DNA from: Acidimicrobiales bacterium
Lineage (GTDB): Bacteria > Actinomycetota > Acidimicrobiia > Acidimicrobiales > SZUA-35
NCBI GenBank assembly: GCA_013003535.1
Contig: JABDIY010000028.1
Location: forward strand, 25,631-89,630
DNA: 64,000 nt
Direction of reading: 5' to 3'
The notes under the pieces: generated by a model
Told to the model about the DNA's origin: nothing
The model's input: the letters and a program-made list of their open reading frames with translations, nothing else
Database searches by the model: none
Made by a program: the position numbers and the translations under genes
Part shown: piece after piece, positions 10,035 to 20,700 of the stretch
How positions within the stretch are numbered: position 1 is the first letter of the stretch
How the letters are laid out: each line of letters begins with the position of its first letter

Positions 10035-11261
10035 TCAGGAACCCGACCCGCACAACCCTTCGTGCGATGGATCCTGGACGGCGCGACCATCGCTCAGCAC
10101 CCGCCAGCCAGAAGAATACTGATCGATCTGGTTGAGGATCGAGGCTCGGCGCCACGAGGAGCCGTTGCTCAGCACGCCTCCCTCGCTGATGAAAGGTTCT
10201 ACGGACACGAGCAGCCCCTGCTCAGAGAGAGTGGCGAAAAAGACCGCTGAATTGGCGGTTAACCCCGACGAGGGTGGGAAAGCGAAGTTCCCGGTGGACT
10301 GCACGACGATGGTTTCGTCAATACTGGTCACACCCTGCACCACGTGAGGATGGCTATTCACCACCAGCCCAACGCCAGCTGAAGCCCAGCGGCGATTGAG
10401 CCCCGTCATCACCGCATCGGGACACAACTGACCTTCGGTTCCGCCGTGCACCATGACCACTGCCAAATCCACTGTGTCCACAAGTTCAGCCACCACCGCA
10501 TCGGCCCGATCCAGAAACGCCGGGCACGCCCAGGCCACTTGAGGACGAATGTTCTCACCCGCCCAGGACCAGTCACATGGCACCCGAGAAAAGGCCGCTA
10601 TGCCAATGGTCCAGTCGCCGACCGGAACCACCAGTGGTTCATAGGCCTGGTCCGGACCGGCACCGGCTCCTATCGTGTGAACTCCAGCCTCTCGTAGTGC
10701 AGCCAGGCCGTACTCCAATGCCTCGACCCCGTAATCGAGCGCGTGATTGTTCGCCATTGTGACCGCATCGATTCCGGCCTCGGTGAGGACGTCGATGGAC
10801 TCCGGGTTGGATCGGAAAAGGAACGGTTTTGAAACGGGCGGGACCCCAACGGTGGGAGGGGCAATTGCGGTCTCCAAATTCACGACGGTGAAATCGGGAA
10901 GAGAAAGGGTGCGCTGGGCAGCCGCCAGCGGATCAAACAGATGCAGCGAGTGGTGAAATGAAGTGTCACCAGCGAAAGCGAGCGTAATGGGCGATCGGCC
11001 ATCTGCTCCGGCCCCCTCTGCTTTTGTACGCCTCGATTTGTCCACCTCGAGCGCCGGCGAGACCGAGTTTGGCATCAACAAGGACACGGCGACATGTTCG
11101 GTTTCGGCGCCAAGAACGGTCTCTGCGTCCACACGATCAGCCTCGATTGCCTTTCTCTGCTGGCGACTACCAAGGGGCGGGTCGCTACTGAAGGTGACGA
11201 CCACCGCACACAAAGCCACTACGAGACCTAAAGATCTCACCACGGGAGCGCCGGTCACCAC
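10035..11261 (-). CDS. CapA-family (poly-gamma-glutamate capsule/metallophosphatase-like) membrane-anchored protein
   Basis: MANNHALDYG, VVMVHGGTEG and VVNSHPHVVQG motifs, with N-terminal anchor SLGLVVALCAVVVTF. The start is uncertain (GTG at 11261 or 11258). GTG 11258 overlaps a TGA at 11255-11257 in GTGA fashion. Confidence 0.7.
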   Translation of the reverse strand: MVTGAPVVRSLGLVVALCAVVVTFSSDPPLGSRQQRKAIEADRVDAETVLGAETEHVAVSLLMPNSVSPALEVDKSRRTKAEGAGADGRSPITLAFAGDTSFHHSLHLFDPLAAAQRTLSLPDFTVVNLETAIAPPTVGVPPVSKPFLFRSNPESIDVLTEAGIDAVTMANNHALDYGVEALEYGLAALREAGVHTIGAGAGPDQAYEPLVVPVGDWTIGIAAFSRVPCDWSWAGENIRPQVAWACPAFLDRADAVVAELVDTVDLAVVMVHGGTEGQLCPDAVMTGLNRRWASAGVGLVVNSHPHVVQGVTSIDETIVVQSTGNFAFPPSSGLTANSAVFFATLSEQGLLVSVEPFISEGGVLSNGSSWRRASILNQIDQYSSGWRVLSDGRAVQDPSHEGLCGSGS

Positions 11262-12607
11262 GGCACCGTACCCAAGAATGCTGTGCCCGCCCCAAAGGAA
11301 TGTAGCCAGCTCCCCGAAATGGGGAGAAAGCCCTGAGCAGTTGTTCCCGAGACCACATGGAGCGTTTGCCGACCACAGCATCCAGGCACGAGGCTAAGCG
11401 TGTGCCTATTGGAGTCATACCATCCCGCTTCACCAGCGCATCGCCCGTACTGGTGGCGGTCTCGGTGTGGACCCAGGACCCCCCGCTCAGCGATCCCGAC
11501 AGTCACATAGTCCAATCGGACATCTCCGTTGTCCATGAAGCGATTGCTCCAACCGACATCTGTTCGGTCGGGCCGGGCGAAGCGGGCGATGTACGCCTCG
11601 CTCTCCCACTCTCCATTCCGGCTCGCGTACGACGCCAACTACTTCGCCGCCTCGGCGCCACCGAGGGCGTGACTGTTACCACCGTCGTTGATGCGCCGAT
11701 CGCAGTCCTAGCCAACCACATCCATGGCCTCGCTACCGGTGCACTGGATCACGATGCGATCGGGGCGCCCCGGCCCGGCACGTCGAGTAGATTGCATGTG
11801 GTACTGGTCGGCCAAAGCAACGGCACCATCAGCATGGTGGTGGCCGATCTGACCAACCGTCGTCTGGTGGCAATCGGATCGGTGACCACAGCCGAGGAGA
11901 TTCGAGGTCTCGTTTGTCGAGGTCGTCGCCCAGGGCCCAGGGAGGATTCCGAAGACGTGGATCTCTTCCCGCATGCCAGCTGGGCAGAAGTGGCGCCCTC
12001 GGTTCACCTTGTTGTCGGGCACTCGCTCACCGATGGCCAAAGCCATCTGGTGAGAGACATCTTTGGGCCTCAAACGTTCGTGACGGCCCGTCTGGGTGGA
12101 GACCTCGCAGCGCTCAGCGGTTTGGCCCACCTCCATCAACTCGCTCAGTGGGATGCCCCGTGGCCCACCGCAAGAGTTCACCTGGGAACCGGCTGGACGA
12201 GACAGCCCGGACCGCTACGCAGTGATGCTGAAGAACATCTCACCCGAATCCGAGCCGGTGGGGATCTGCGCTTTTCCGACTTTTCCGGGCAGCCTCTCAG
12301 GCTGCGGGCCGGCTCGGTCCGAGCCGCGGGCTGTGTTCTCCCGGACCGTCTGGGGAGCCAGCCCCGCCTCCGGCTCGTAGATGACGGGCGCCTCCTGTTG
12401 TTCGGTCCCGCCGGATCGCGACCGTTGGCCGCCCGTTTGCGGTGGCCAATTCCAGGTTCTGGCAACCAAACGATCGGCATAGAAGCGGTGGGTGATGCCG
12501 GAGTGGAACTCTTGGATGCGGAGTCCCTTCCCCACCACAAAGCATCGGTCGAATCCCCGCTCACCACGGCTGCGGATGCCGCCCTGACCTCCAGGCGTTC
12601 CCGTTAA
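11255..12607. other. Coding region with unresolved strand: uninterrupted 416-aa + ORF (11357..12607) versus the exact-antisense minus frame, which looks more gene-like but carries three in-frame TAG codons
   Basis: Neither translation gave me a recognisable family. Codon-position GC and synonymous-codon preference favour the minus frame (see finding). The flanking genes (M20 peptidase, capA) are both on the minus strand with no spacer for a + gene. Confidence 0.3.
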
Positions 12608-13944
12608 TCCCAGAGCAACTCGACAACGTCCAACCAGAGTTGAGTGGTGAGCCGAAGGGATTCGACATCGATGCGCTCGTTGTGTCCATGAAATCTCATG
12701 AGGAAATCCTCGGCACTGACCTGGGGGCTGAGCAAACCTGCTCCGAAAGCGATTGCCCCCTTCTGCCGGAAGAACCGTGAGTCGGTCCCTCCTGTCACGA
12801 GGCTCGGAACCAACGTCAACTCCGGGTAGGGCCGCGCCATGGCCTTTTCGAGTGCGCTCCATAAGGGATTGTCCGTTGGCGATGCCGTTGCTGGTTCGTC
12901 TTGCAAGATCTCGGTCCGCACCCGCTCGTACAGGTCGCCAAGGGCAGTTTTGAGATGAGCGTCGACATCGGCAGACGTCTCGCCGGGGAGCGTGCGGACG
13001 TCTACATCAATGGACACTCGATCGGGGATCACGTTCGTTTTCACTCCGCCATGAATCACGTTAGGGCTGAAGGTGGTGTGTGAACAGCTGTGGGTGTTCC
13101 TGGCCAAGGCCGGCGGCATGAGCGCCAATACCTCGTGGATCGAGCCGGGATCCAGCAGCTTCTCACTCAGTTCCGGCCCGAGGTTCATGGCGCGGACCCG
13201 TTGTTCCCAGAGTGAGTCAAGACGGGCCCCGGGATCATAGGCCGCAATGCGGCGCACGATTTCTGCTGCCGTCACGAGTGCATTGTCTGTCATGTAAGGC
13301 ATCGACCCGTGGCCCGGCGTGCCCTCCACGTGAAGCCGACGCCACCCAACCCCCTTCTCCGCGGTCGTGAGCAACAGTGAGGTGCTCACCGGTATTCCGC
13401 CGAATTCGGTGAGCACGTAATCGCATTTGAGGTGATCCCACTGCTCATCGAGCAACTGTTTCGCACCGTGGATTCCACCGGCTTCCTCATCTGCAACTGC
13501 GAAATAGATGATGTCCCCCGGGTATCGTTTGCCGGACTTGACGATGTGCCGAAACACCACAGCCATGGACGAGGTGAGATTGAGCATGTCCACCGCACCG
13601 CGACCCCAAACTTCGCCGTGGATCAGCTCTCCGCCAAACGGATCCCGATCCCATCCTTCAGGGGTAACGGGAACCACGTCGGTATGGCCCATCAAACACA
13701 GCGCCGGAGCCGTTGGATCCGTGCCGTGATAGCGAGTTACTAGAGATGACCTCCCTGGCCCCGTCTCGTAGCGCTCAATGTCCAGCCCGAGACCCTCTAG
13801 TTCATTTTCCAGCAGTCGAGCCGATCGATCTTCATGGCCCGATTCGTAGCTGCCGTCGTTGACGCACTCGTTGCGGATCAAGGCCTGCAGGAGTTCCAAG
13901 GTTTCATTCGTGAGACGATCCAGATCAGCTTCGGTCACAACCAT
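12604..13944 (-). CDS. M20/M25/M40 family metallopeptidase (dipeptidase/deacylase-like)
   Basis: LMGHTDVVPVTPEGW and FAVADEEAGGIHG metal-ligand motifs. ATG at 13944 (MVVTEADLDRL) is preferred over the longer ORF-track start. Confidence 0.8.
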   Translation of the reverse strand: MVVTEADLDRLTNETLELLQALIRNECVNDGSYESGHEDRSARLLENELEGLGLDIERYETGPGRSSLVTRYHGTDPTAPALCLMGHTDVVPVTPEGWDRDPFGGELIHGEVWGRGAVDMLNLTSSMAVVFRHIVKSGKRYPGDIIYFAVADEEAGGIHGAKQLLDEQWDHLKCDYVLTEFGGIPVSTSLLLTTAEKGVGWRRLHVEGTPGHGSMPYMTDNALVTAAEIVRRIAAYDPGARLDSLWEQRVRAMNLGPELSEKLLDPGSIHEVLALMPPALARNTHSCSHTTFSPNVIHGGVKTNVIPDRVSIDVDVRTLPGETSADVDAHLKTALGDLYERVRTEILQDEPATASPTDNPLWSALEKAMARPYPELTLVPSLVTGGTDSRFFRQKGAIAFGAGLLSPQVSAEDFLMRFHGHNERIDVESLRLTTQLWLDVVELLWD

Positions 13945-14000
13945 GCCCGAATCGTAACTGCCCCTGGCTCGTGCGGACGATGCGATAGCGTCTTGTGCTG

Positions 14001-15155
14001 ATGTCCCACCCGGTCTCACTCGCTGCCTTGGTTCTCGCCTTTGCTCTGACGGCCTGCAGTGGCACCAGCGCCACTCAGCCTACGGACGATCAGACCACTC
14101 AGTTTGCACCGGTCACCAGCCCCGAACTCTCCACAACGACCACTAGCGCTCAACCCAGCTCCACGCGACGTGTCACCACGATTGCGGAAACGGTTCCGCC
14201 CGATAGCACTCAGGAAGATGGCGACGGCGGGAGCGATGGAGATCCCAACGTGGACACTGAGCTACCGGATCATCCGCTCGACGCAGCTCTTCTCAATATG
14301 ACCTCCGCTCTGGGTCCTACCGCCAACATCACCGAGACCCTTGCGGCAGTTTTGGCGTTTCCGATACCGATCAGCACTCCTCGCAATGCCTCCGTCGTCG
14401 AGGTGAACGTTGGCATCGGATCGCTCCTCCCTCTCTCGGACGCCGCATCGGCGCGGCCCCCTACGGAGGTTGTGGTGCAGGTGAGCGCAACGATGGAGAC
14501 AACCGCCTCGGCCGAGAACACCATGCAGCTTCTGGGATCGTCTCTTCGCCAGGCGGGACTGCTGCCAACCGATTCCAGCTCCAACGAGGGCGCCGCAGCC
14601 TCGCGATCGTTCCGTATCCTCGATGCCGGTCGATTCGACGAGATCGTTATCACAGCCGTCGACCAAGCCAACGGGGCCGACAGTTCCAGCGGATCGATCG
14701 TGAGGGTGTCTTACAACGGGACCACCTCGAAAGCGGCGGCAGATCCCTACCAGCGGTGGAGCGTCGACAGTCAACTGCTCCCGGCGAGCGATCAGACACG
14801 CACCATACTAAGTCTTGTCCGCTCCGGTGAGGGCCAGTTGCGTACCACGACGTTCCGCGTAGAGAGCGCCTCAATAGTGGCGGGGGATCGTGCTCAACGC
14901 GAAGCGGATCGCCTCGTAAGGCGAATTGCGCAGACCGCCGCAGCAGACGACACCTCGGCGCCTCGATTCGAACTGCTCAACACTTACGATGATGGGATCA
15001 GCGCACCTCTGGAAGATGGGCTTCGGTATCCCGGGCTCGACGAGGCTGGTTACGAGGTTGTTCCGATCCAGCAGATCGACATTGATGAAGAGGGCGAACT
15101 GGAACTTGTTGATGCGATCGAGGTCCGCCTCACAGGAAGCCGCCTCATCGATTGA
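14001..15155 (+). CDS. Lipoprotein of unknown function with Ser/Thr-rich linker
   Basis: Signal peptide plus lipobox [10 protein letters not shown]|SG, followed by a low-complexity T/S-rich region. No recognisable catalytic motif. Confidence 0.55.
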   Translation: MSHPVSLAALVLAFALTACSGTSATQPTDDQTTQFAPVTSPELSTTTTSAQPSSTRRVTTIAETVPPDSTQEDGDGGSDGDPNVDTELPDHPLDAALLNMTSALGPTANITETLAAVLAFPIPISTPRNASVVEVNVGIGSLLPLSDAASARPPTEVVVQVSATMETTASAENTMQLLGSSLRQAGLLPTDSSSNEGAAASRSFRILDAGRFDEIVITAVDQANGADSSSGSIVRVSYNGTTSKAAADPYQRWSVDSQLLPASDQTRTILSLVRSGEGQLRTTTFRVESASIVAGDRAQREADRLVRRIAQTAAADDTSAPRFELLNTYDDGISAPLEDGLRYPGLDEAGYEVVPIQQIDIDEEGELELVDAIEVRLTGSRLID

Positions 15156-16121
15156 TCATCGGCCGTCCAGGGCCTCCATCAATTTCGGGATGACCTTGTG
15201 GACATCGCCGACGATGCCCAGATCGGCGATTCCAAAGATCGGCGCCTCCGGATCCTTGTTGATGGCGATGATGTTCTTGGAACCCTTCATCCCGACCAGG
15301 TGCTGGGTGGCACCCGAGATTCCTGCGGCGATGTAAACCGCGGGCTTCACGACCTTGCCGGTCTGGCCGACCTGAAATGAATAGGGAACCCATCCGGCGT
15401 CGACGATGGCGCGGGAGGCGCCGGCAGCGCCTTTCAACTTGGCGGCCAGACCTTCCACCATCGCATAACTTTCGGCCGAACCAAGGCCACGGCCACCGGC
15501 AACGACGAGATTGGCCTCGTCGAGCTTGGGGCCTTCGGACTCTTCCACATGCCGTTGCACAACCCGCGCACCGCCCGCAGCACCCACATCAGGAACGTCC
15601 AAGTCCTCAACATCGGCACTGGCCCCACCCGAGGGTTCCGGAGCGAAACTCTTGGGCCGAACCAAGACAATTTTTACCGCATCGCCAGTGAATTTGGTGC
15701 GGATATCGGTGGCACCGCCAAAAATGGGTTCCTTCCCGATCAACGTGTCACCATCTACCTCAACGTCAACGACGTTGGTGATCACTGTGGCGTTGGCCAT
15801 CACGGATAGTCGAGCGGCGATGTCTCGGCCGTCATAGCTCGTCCCCAGCAGCACCGCATCGGGACCATCGCCGGATTCGATCGCTGCATTGATTGCAGCA
15901 GCGACGGGAACACCGACCAAAGCACCGTCGAGATCCCCCGTGGCGTACACGGTTTCGGCTCCGAAGCTCCCGGCCGCATCGGCAATATCGTCGCCGTCCC
16001 CGGCATAGACCGCAGCCACGGTGGGGGCCAGACTACGCGCTTTGGTGAGCAGTTCCTGAGTGGTGGACGAAAGGGTGCCGTCGGTAGCTTCGGCATAAAC
16101 CCAGATGGTGTCGAGTGTCAT
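15156..16121 (-). CDS. etfA: Electron transfer flavoprotein subunit alpha
   Basis: C-terminal FAD-binding signature [35 protein letters not shown]. It sits directly downstream of etfB. Confidence 0.9.
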   Translation of the reverse strand: MTLDTIWVYAEATDGTLSSTTQELLTKARSLAPTVAAVYAGDGDDIADAAGSFGAETVYATGDLDGALVGVPVAAAINAAIESGDGPDAVLLGTSYDGRDIAARLSVMANATVITNVVDVEVDGDTLIGKEPIFGGATDIRTKFTGDAVKIVLVRPKSFAPEPSGGASADVEDLDVPDVGAAGGARVVQRHVEESEGPKLDEANLVVAGGRGLGSAESYAMVEGLAAKLKGAAGASRAIVDAGWVPYSFQVGQTGKVVKPAVYIAAGISGATQHLVGMKGSKNIIAINKDPEAPIFGIADLGIVGDVHKVIPKLMEALDGR

Positions 16122-16161
16122 TGTGTGTGTCTCCTGGATCGCGTTCTTTGATGAGGTTTCT

Positions 16162-16941
16162 TCAGATGGCTTTGACGGATTCGAGAAATTCGATGATCTT
16201 CAGGTGCGCTTCACCATCGTCTTCGATTTTTTCCCCTGCTTCTCGGACAGGGGCGACGGTCACATCTACGACTTCCTGACCTGATCCGGCCCAGCCAACC
16301 TCGGCGGCGGTCATCCCAAGGTCGGCCACGGTCATCTGAACCACGGGCTTGGACTTGGCCGCCATGATTCCTTTGAACGAGGGGTAACGCGGCTCCACCA
16401 CCCCGGCGGTCACGCTGATTACCGCCGGAAGGGAGCACTCGACCTCGTCATAGCCGGCATCGGTCTGACGCTCGACTTTCATGGCCGACCCGTCGATAGC
16501 GACTGCCTTGGCCGCTGTGACCGACGGCCATCCCAGAACTCCGGCAATCTGCTCGGGCACGGTGCCGGTGTATCCGTCGGAGCTCTCTGAACCGGCGATG
16601 ACCAGGTCAGGTTCCTGATCGGAGATGATCTTGCCGAGAATCTTGGCGGTGGTCAGTGCATCCGTGCCCACCAACGCCGGGTCCGACACGAGGGTGGCTG
16701 ACGCGGCACCCATGGCAAGTGCCGTGGATAGCCCCGAGCGCTCATTGTTGGGCGCCATCGACACCAGGACAACTTCTCCGCCGCCGGCGGCATCCACGAG
16801 TTGGAGGGCCATCTCGACGCCGTAGCTGTCCGACTCGTCAAGGATGAGTTTGACATCACGTTTGAGTGTGCGGGTCTCGGGATCCAGAGCGCCGGGGTCG
16901 GCGGGATCGGGGATTTGCTTGACGCATACGGCTACCTTCAT
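16162..16941 (-). CDS. etfB: Electron transfer flavoprotein subunit beta
   Basis: MKVAVCVKQIPDPADPG... is the typical EtfB N-terminus. ATG at 16941; the ORF-track start at 17064 adds a non-homologous extension. Confidence 0.9.
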   Translation of the reverse strand: MKVAVCVKQIPDPADPGALDPETRTLKRDVKLILDESDSYGVEMALQLVDAAGGGEVVLVSMAPNNERSGLSTALAMGAASATLVSDPALVGTDALTTAKILGKIISDQEPDLVIAGSESSDGYTGTVPEQIAGVLGWPSVTAAKAVAIDGSAMKVERQTDAGYDEVECSLPAVISVTAGVVEPRYPSFKGIMAAKSKPVVQMTVADLGMTAAEVGWAGSGQEVVDVTVAPVREAGEKIEDDGEAHLKIIEFLESVKAI

Positions 16942-17067
16942 AGGGCCTGAGCCTAGAGGTTTTCTTGATTCGGCCGTCAATCCGCCAAGGATTGCCACCA
17001 CGTCCACAGGCGCTCTATCCCGGTCCTTTGTCCTGCCCTCGTCCCGACAGTCCACTACCCTCACCGA

Positions 17068-17991
17068 GTGTCGTTGAAGCTTGCGCTGATCGTTAATCCT
17101 GTTGCTTCATCGGTGACAGCGCGCACTCGGGTTGTCATCCAAAAAGCGCTGGCGGCCGACCACGAACTCCAGATATTCGAAACGACCCGACGGAACCACG
17201 CCACCAGGCTGGCTCACCAGTTGGAACGTGAGGGGGTCGACGTGGTGATCCCGTTCGGAGGTGATGGCACGGTCAACGAAGTCGCCAATGGCCTCATGCA
17301 CACCACCACAGCGGTGGCCCCGCTTCCGGGAGGGTCCACCAACGTGTTTGCCCGGGCGGTTGGGTATCCCAACGACGCGGTGGAGGCAACCGGGATGATT
17401 CTCCAGGCGTTGGACCGGAACTCGATCATGTCGGCATCGTTGGGATCGGCCAACGGGCGAGCCTTTGTCTTCCACGTCGGCGTCGGCTTTGACGCTGCAG
17501 TTGTTGAGCGGGTGGAACGACGGGGACCGCTCAAGCGATACGCCGGACACGCCTGGTTTGTTTACTCGGCCCTTCGTACCTGGGGTTCGGCAGAGCGTCG
17601 GGCGCTGAGATTCAGCGTGACGGCCGCAGACGGGCGTATCCTCGAACGGGCCCAGATGGCCGTTGCACTCAACGTCAACCCCTACACCTTCCTGGGTAGC
17701 CGACCCCTCGACTTGGCGCCCGAGGTGAACCTCACTACCCCTCTGTCGGTGGTCGCGCTCTCCACCGTGGGCCTGAAACACCTGATTCCGGCGGCGGTCA
17801 CGGCGCTGCGAACTGACCAGGGCATTCCTAACCGTCCCGGCATGGTGCACTGGCCTGATGTAGAGCGCGTCACGCTGCTCTCGAGCGTGCCATTCCCCTA
17901 TCAGCTCGATGGAGAGCCCCAGAAGCCGGTGAACCGGTTGGAACTCGTGCACCTGCCGGATGCGCTCAGACTGGTCGTCCCACATGACTAA
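17068..17991 (+). CDS. Diacylglycerol kinase-family lipid kinase
   Basis: DAGK catalytic signature VVIPFGGDGTVNEVANGL. GTG start. Confidence 0.75.
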   Translation: MSLKLALIVNPVASSVTARTRVVIQKALAADHELQIFETTRRNHATRLAHQLEREGVDVVIPFGGDGTVNEVANGLMHTTTAVAPLPGGSTNVFARAVGYPNDAVEATGMILQALDRNSIMSASLGSANGRAFVFHVGVGFDAAVVERVERRGPLKRYAGHAWFVYSALRTWGSAERRALRFSVTAADGRILERAQMAVALNVNPYTFLGSRPLDLAPEVNLTTPLSVVALSTVGLKHLIPAAVTALRTDQGIPNRPGMVHWPDVERVTLLSSVPFPYQLDGEPQKPVNRLELVHLPDALRLVVPHD

Positions 17992-18020
17992 TCCGAGTGG
18001 CGCAACTACTCTTTGCGACC

Positions 18021-18731
18021 ATGGCCGCAAAGGTAATCGCCCACCGTGGAGTAACGCACCGTAGGGACGGCAGCGCAATCCGTGAAAATACACTCGAAGC
18101 CTTCGTCCGGGCGATGGAGCTAGGGGCGGAGGGGATCGAACTCGATGTTCGCCGCAGCGCCGACGACGTCCTGATGATTCACCACGACGCCCATATCAGC
18201 GACGGCACAGTCATTGGGCGGACCCAGTCCGCTGATCTTCCCGAGTGGATGCCAACGTTGGCCGACGCTCTCGAGGTCTGCAAGGACACCTGGCTCAACA
18301 TCGAGATCAAGAACATGCCGAGCGACCCTGACTATGACGCCAACTACGGGATCTCCGTGGCGGTGGCGGGACTCATTCGAGCTTTCGACGCCGCCGAACG
18401 GGTTTTGGTGAGCAGCTTCGACTTCGCCAGCATCAAAAGAATACGCGAGACCGACCCCGCCATTCCGATCGGCTGGTTGATCTGGGGCCAGGCCGATCCC
18501 GCCCAGATCATCGGTCGATCAGAGGGCATGGTGGACGCCATCCACCCCCACGAGATGTTGGTGGACTCCCACCTGATGTCCCTTGCCAGGAAGGCGGGAC
18601 TGATCGTGAACACGTGGACCGTGAATGATCCTGATCGGGTCCTGGAGCTCCACAAGATGCGGGTGAACGCAATCGTCACCGACAACGTACCGATGGCGAT
18701 CGATGTCCTGTACGGGCTCAACGGCGAATAA
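18021..18731 (+). CDS. Glycerophosphodiester phosphodiesterase
   Basis: VIAHRG...ENTLEAFVRAMELGAEGIELDVR is the GDPD signature. ATG at 18021, with GTG 17997 as an alternative. Confidence 0.8.
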   Translation: MAAKVIAHRGVTHRRDGSAIRENTLEAFVRAMELGAEGIELDVRRSADDVLMIHHDAHISDGTVIGRTQSADLPEWMPTLADALEVCKDTWLNIEIKNMPSDPDYDANYGISVAVAGLIRAFDAAERVLVSSFDFASIKRIRETDPAIPIGWLIWGQADPAQIIGRSEGMVDAIHPHEMLVDSHLMSLARKAGLIVNTWTVNDPDRVLELHKMRVNAIVTDNVPMAIDVLYGLNGE

Positions 18732-18752
18732 GTTATGACAATTCGCCCTCTG

Positions 18753-20195
18753 TCATAGATCGACCCGCACAATTGCCGCCGTGCCGGGGCCATCAGGATT
18801 GGGAACCACCTCGAAGGTTCCGCCAAGATCGGCCGTTGTCAGGGTCCGGACAATAGTGAGACCCAATCCCGGATCGGTGTCGATGTTGAAACCCTCGGGT
18901 AGGCCCACTCCATTGTCCTCCACCCTCACCTCCAGTTTCGGTCCTCGTCGATCGAGCCGAACCACCACGGATCGATCAGCATCGCTCGGCGTGCCAACGA
19001 AGCCATGCTCCACCGCATTCTGTATCAACTCCGACAGCACCACCGCCAGGCTCGAAGCGGTCGTTGCGGTGACGATCGGTCCCGTGCCCTCAACGGTGAT
19101 CGTGACCGGGCGTTCAGGATCCACCAGCGCTCCCTGCACCATTTGAACGACTGGGCGCAAAACGTCGTTCAACTGAACATCATCGCCACCTTCGCGGCTC
19201 AACACCTCGTGAACGAGGGCTATCGACCTGATTCGGCGTGACGCTTCGTCCAGAGCCGCTTTGGCCGCTGGTTCATCGACTCGGCGACCCTGCATTCTGA
19301 GAAGGGACGAAACGGTTTGGAGATTGTTCTTCACGCGGTGATGAATCTCCCGGATGGTGGCGTCCATGGAGACCAACAGTCGTTCTTGGCGGCGGATATC
19401 GGAGACGTCGCGCATAAGGACGAGCGCACCGGCGGCTCGACCGTCGTCCATCAGCGGTAACAGCCGAAGCTGGATTGCAACGCTCTCGCCCCGCTCCAGC
19501 TCGTGCGTCAGTGGCGCTCCCAGCCCGAACGCCGTACGAAGCACATCGCGCGGCAAACCGATTTCGGTGATGTTCCGGCCCACGGCATTGACGTGGAACC
19601 CCACACGATGGAGGGCGCTCACCGCGTTGGGGGACGTATAGCCCACAACCCCGTCGGATTTGAGCACGATGACGCCATCGCCCACTCGAGGCGATCCCTC
19701 GGCGGTTGGATCGTCGAACGCGTAAGGGAAGGAGCCGTTGGCGACCATGGCAAAGAGCTGATCCACAACGCCCAGATAGGCCCGTTCGAGCTCACCGGTG
19801 CTGCGACTAGGACTTCGGACCGCCTCGCTGGCCAGCGCGGCAACGACGGTCCCGTTGTGGCGCACCGGCACGACCTCCATCCGGACAGGCTCCGAAATGC
19901 CGGCTCGGCTTACAGAGACCACCGTTCGACCCGCTCCATCCAGCACGTCCCGGATGAAGGGACGATCCTGAGAGAAAAGTCCGACCAGGTCAGTGCGATA
20001 GAGCGTCTGGTTGGTGGTGGGTCGAACCTGCCCGACGGTGAGTACCCGTTTGTCCTTCGCCGATGTAAACAGCAGCAGATCACCGAAGGAGAGGTCAGAC
20101 AACGGCCCCCAGATAGCCACCAGTCGGCGGAGATGCTGCCGAGCGGGATCGTTGAGATCGGTGTGGTGCCGTAGCAGATCGGTCAGCGTTGCCAA
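18753..20195 (-). CDS. Soluble sensor histidine kinase, GAF/PAS + HisKA_2 + HATPase (PdtaS-like)
   Basis: H-box IHHRVKNNLQTVSSLLRMQ and ATPase region VRVEDNGVGLP. The N-terminus LTDLL...WGPLSDLSFGDLLLF resembles mycobacterial PdtaS as I recall it. TTG 20195 follows GAGGGAG; ATG 20249 is an alternative. Confidence 0.75.
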   Translation of the reverse strand: MATLTDLLRHHTDLNDPARQHLRRLVAIWGPLSDLSFGDLLLFTSAKDKRVLTVGQVRPTTNQTLYRTDLVGLFSQDRPFIRDVLDGAGRTVVSVSRAGISEPVRMEVVPVRHNGTVVAALASEAVRSPSRSTGELERAYLGVVDQLFAMVANGSFPYAFDDPTAEGSPRVGDGVIVLKSDGVVGYTSPNAVSALHRVGFHVNAVGRNITEIGLPRDVLRTAFGLGAPLTHELERGESVAIQLRLLPLMDDGRAAGALVLMRDVSDIRRQERLLVSMDATIREIHHRVKNNLQTVSSLLRMQGRRVDEPAAKAALDEASRRIRSIALVHEVLSREGGDDVQLNDVLRPVVQMVQGALVDPERPVTITVEGTGPIVTATTASSLAVVLSELIQNAVEHGFVGTPSDADRSVVVRLDRRGPKLEVRVEDNGVGLPEGFNIDTDPGLGLTIVRTLTTADLGGTFEVVPNPDGPGTAAIVRVDL

Positions 20196-20293
20196 GAAAA
20201 CTCCCTCTATGAGCAGAAACTCCCCTTGAAGATAGTGTGAACAGCCCATTACTCTCTGAGCATCACCGCAACCGCATCGCCCCGGGGAGAATT

Positions 20294-20680
20294 ATGAAGG
20301 TCGAGAGTTCCACAGAGTCGATCCTGCCATCGGCGCCGGACAACTCGCCGATGCGGCTCCCGCTGATGTTCGAGCGAATAGCCAAGAAAGTGGGGCATCG
20401 GCCCCGTAGCGACCGCTCCGGACAGGACCTCGACACCAGCTGGCGGCGCACTGCTGCCTGTCTCGATACCGATCCCAGCCTGTTTTTCCCAATCGGGGTT
20501 ACCGGAGCAGCGTTACAGCAGATCACCGATGCCCGGTCGGTCTGCATGAGCTGTTCGTGTCAAGAAGCCTGTCTAGAGTTCGCACTCCGAAGTAACCAAG
20601 ACACCGGCATCTGGGGCGGCGCGTCTGAAGAGGAGCGACGCCACCTGCGCCGCACCTACATCAACCGTCGGCATCACTAA
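20294..20680 (+). CDS. whiB: WhiB-family Fe-S transcriptional regulator with N-terminal extension
   Basis: C-x(n)-C-x2-C-x5-C (CLDTDPSLFFP...CMSCSCQEAC) followed by GIWGG. ATG 20294 is preceded by GGGGAGA. Confidence 0.85.
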   Translation: MKVESSTESILPSAPDNSPMRLPLMFERIAKKVGHRPRSDRSGQDLDTSWRRTAACLDTDPSLFFPIGVTGAALQQITDARSVCMSCSCQEACLEFALRSNQDTGIWGGASEEERRHLRRTYINRRHH

Positions 20681-20700
20681 ACCGAGGCAGCAGCTCCGCC

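Noticed and set aside
11255-12607. Pyrrolysine or other TAG recoding to explain three in-frame TAGs in the gene-like minus frame, given that an MttB-family gene is in the same window.
   Set aside because: The MttB homolog here is the non-Pyl type, with an uninterrupted ORF. No pylTSBCD-like genes were seen. TAG is used as an ordinary stop by several confident genes in the window (for example at 4282-4284 and 7598-7600). A pseudogene, three small ORFs or a shadow frame are simpler explanations.
18735-18756. A bidirectional terminator hairpin (ATGACA-N10-TGTCAT) between the convergent phosphodiesterase and kinase genes. Similarly weak hairpins occur at 41655-41676 and 10015-10030.
   Set aside because: The stems are only 5-6 bp with 10-12-nt loops and no U-tract. 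That is too weak to call without energy calculations or 3'-end data.
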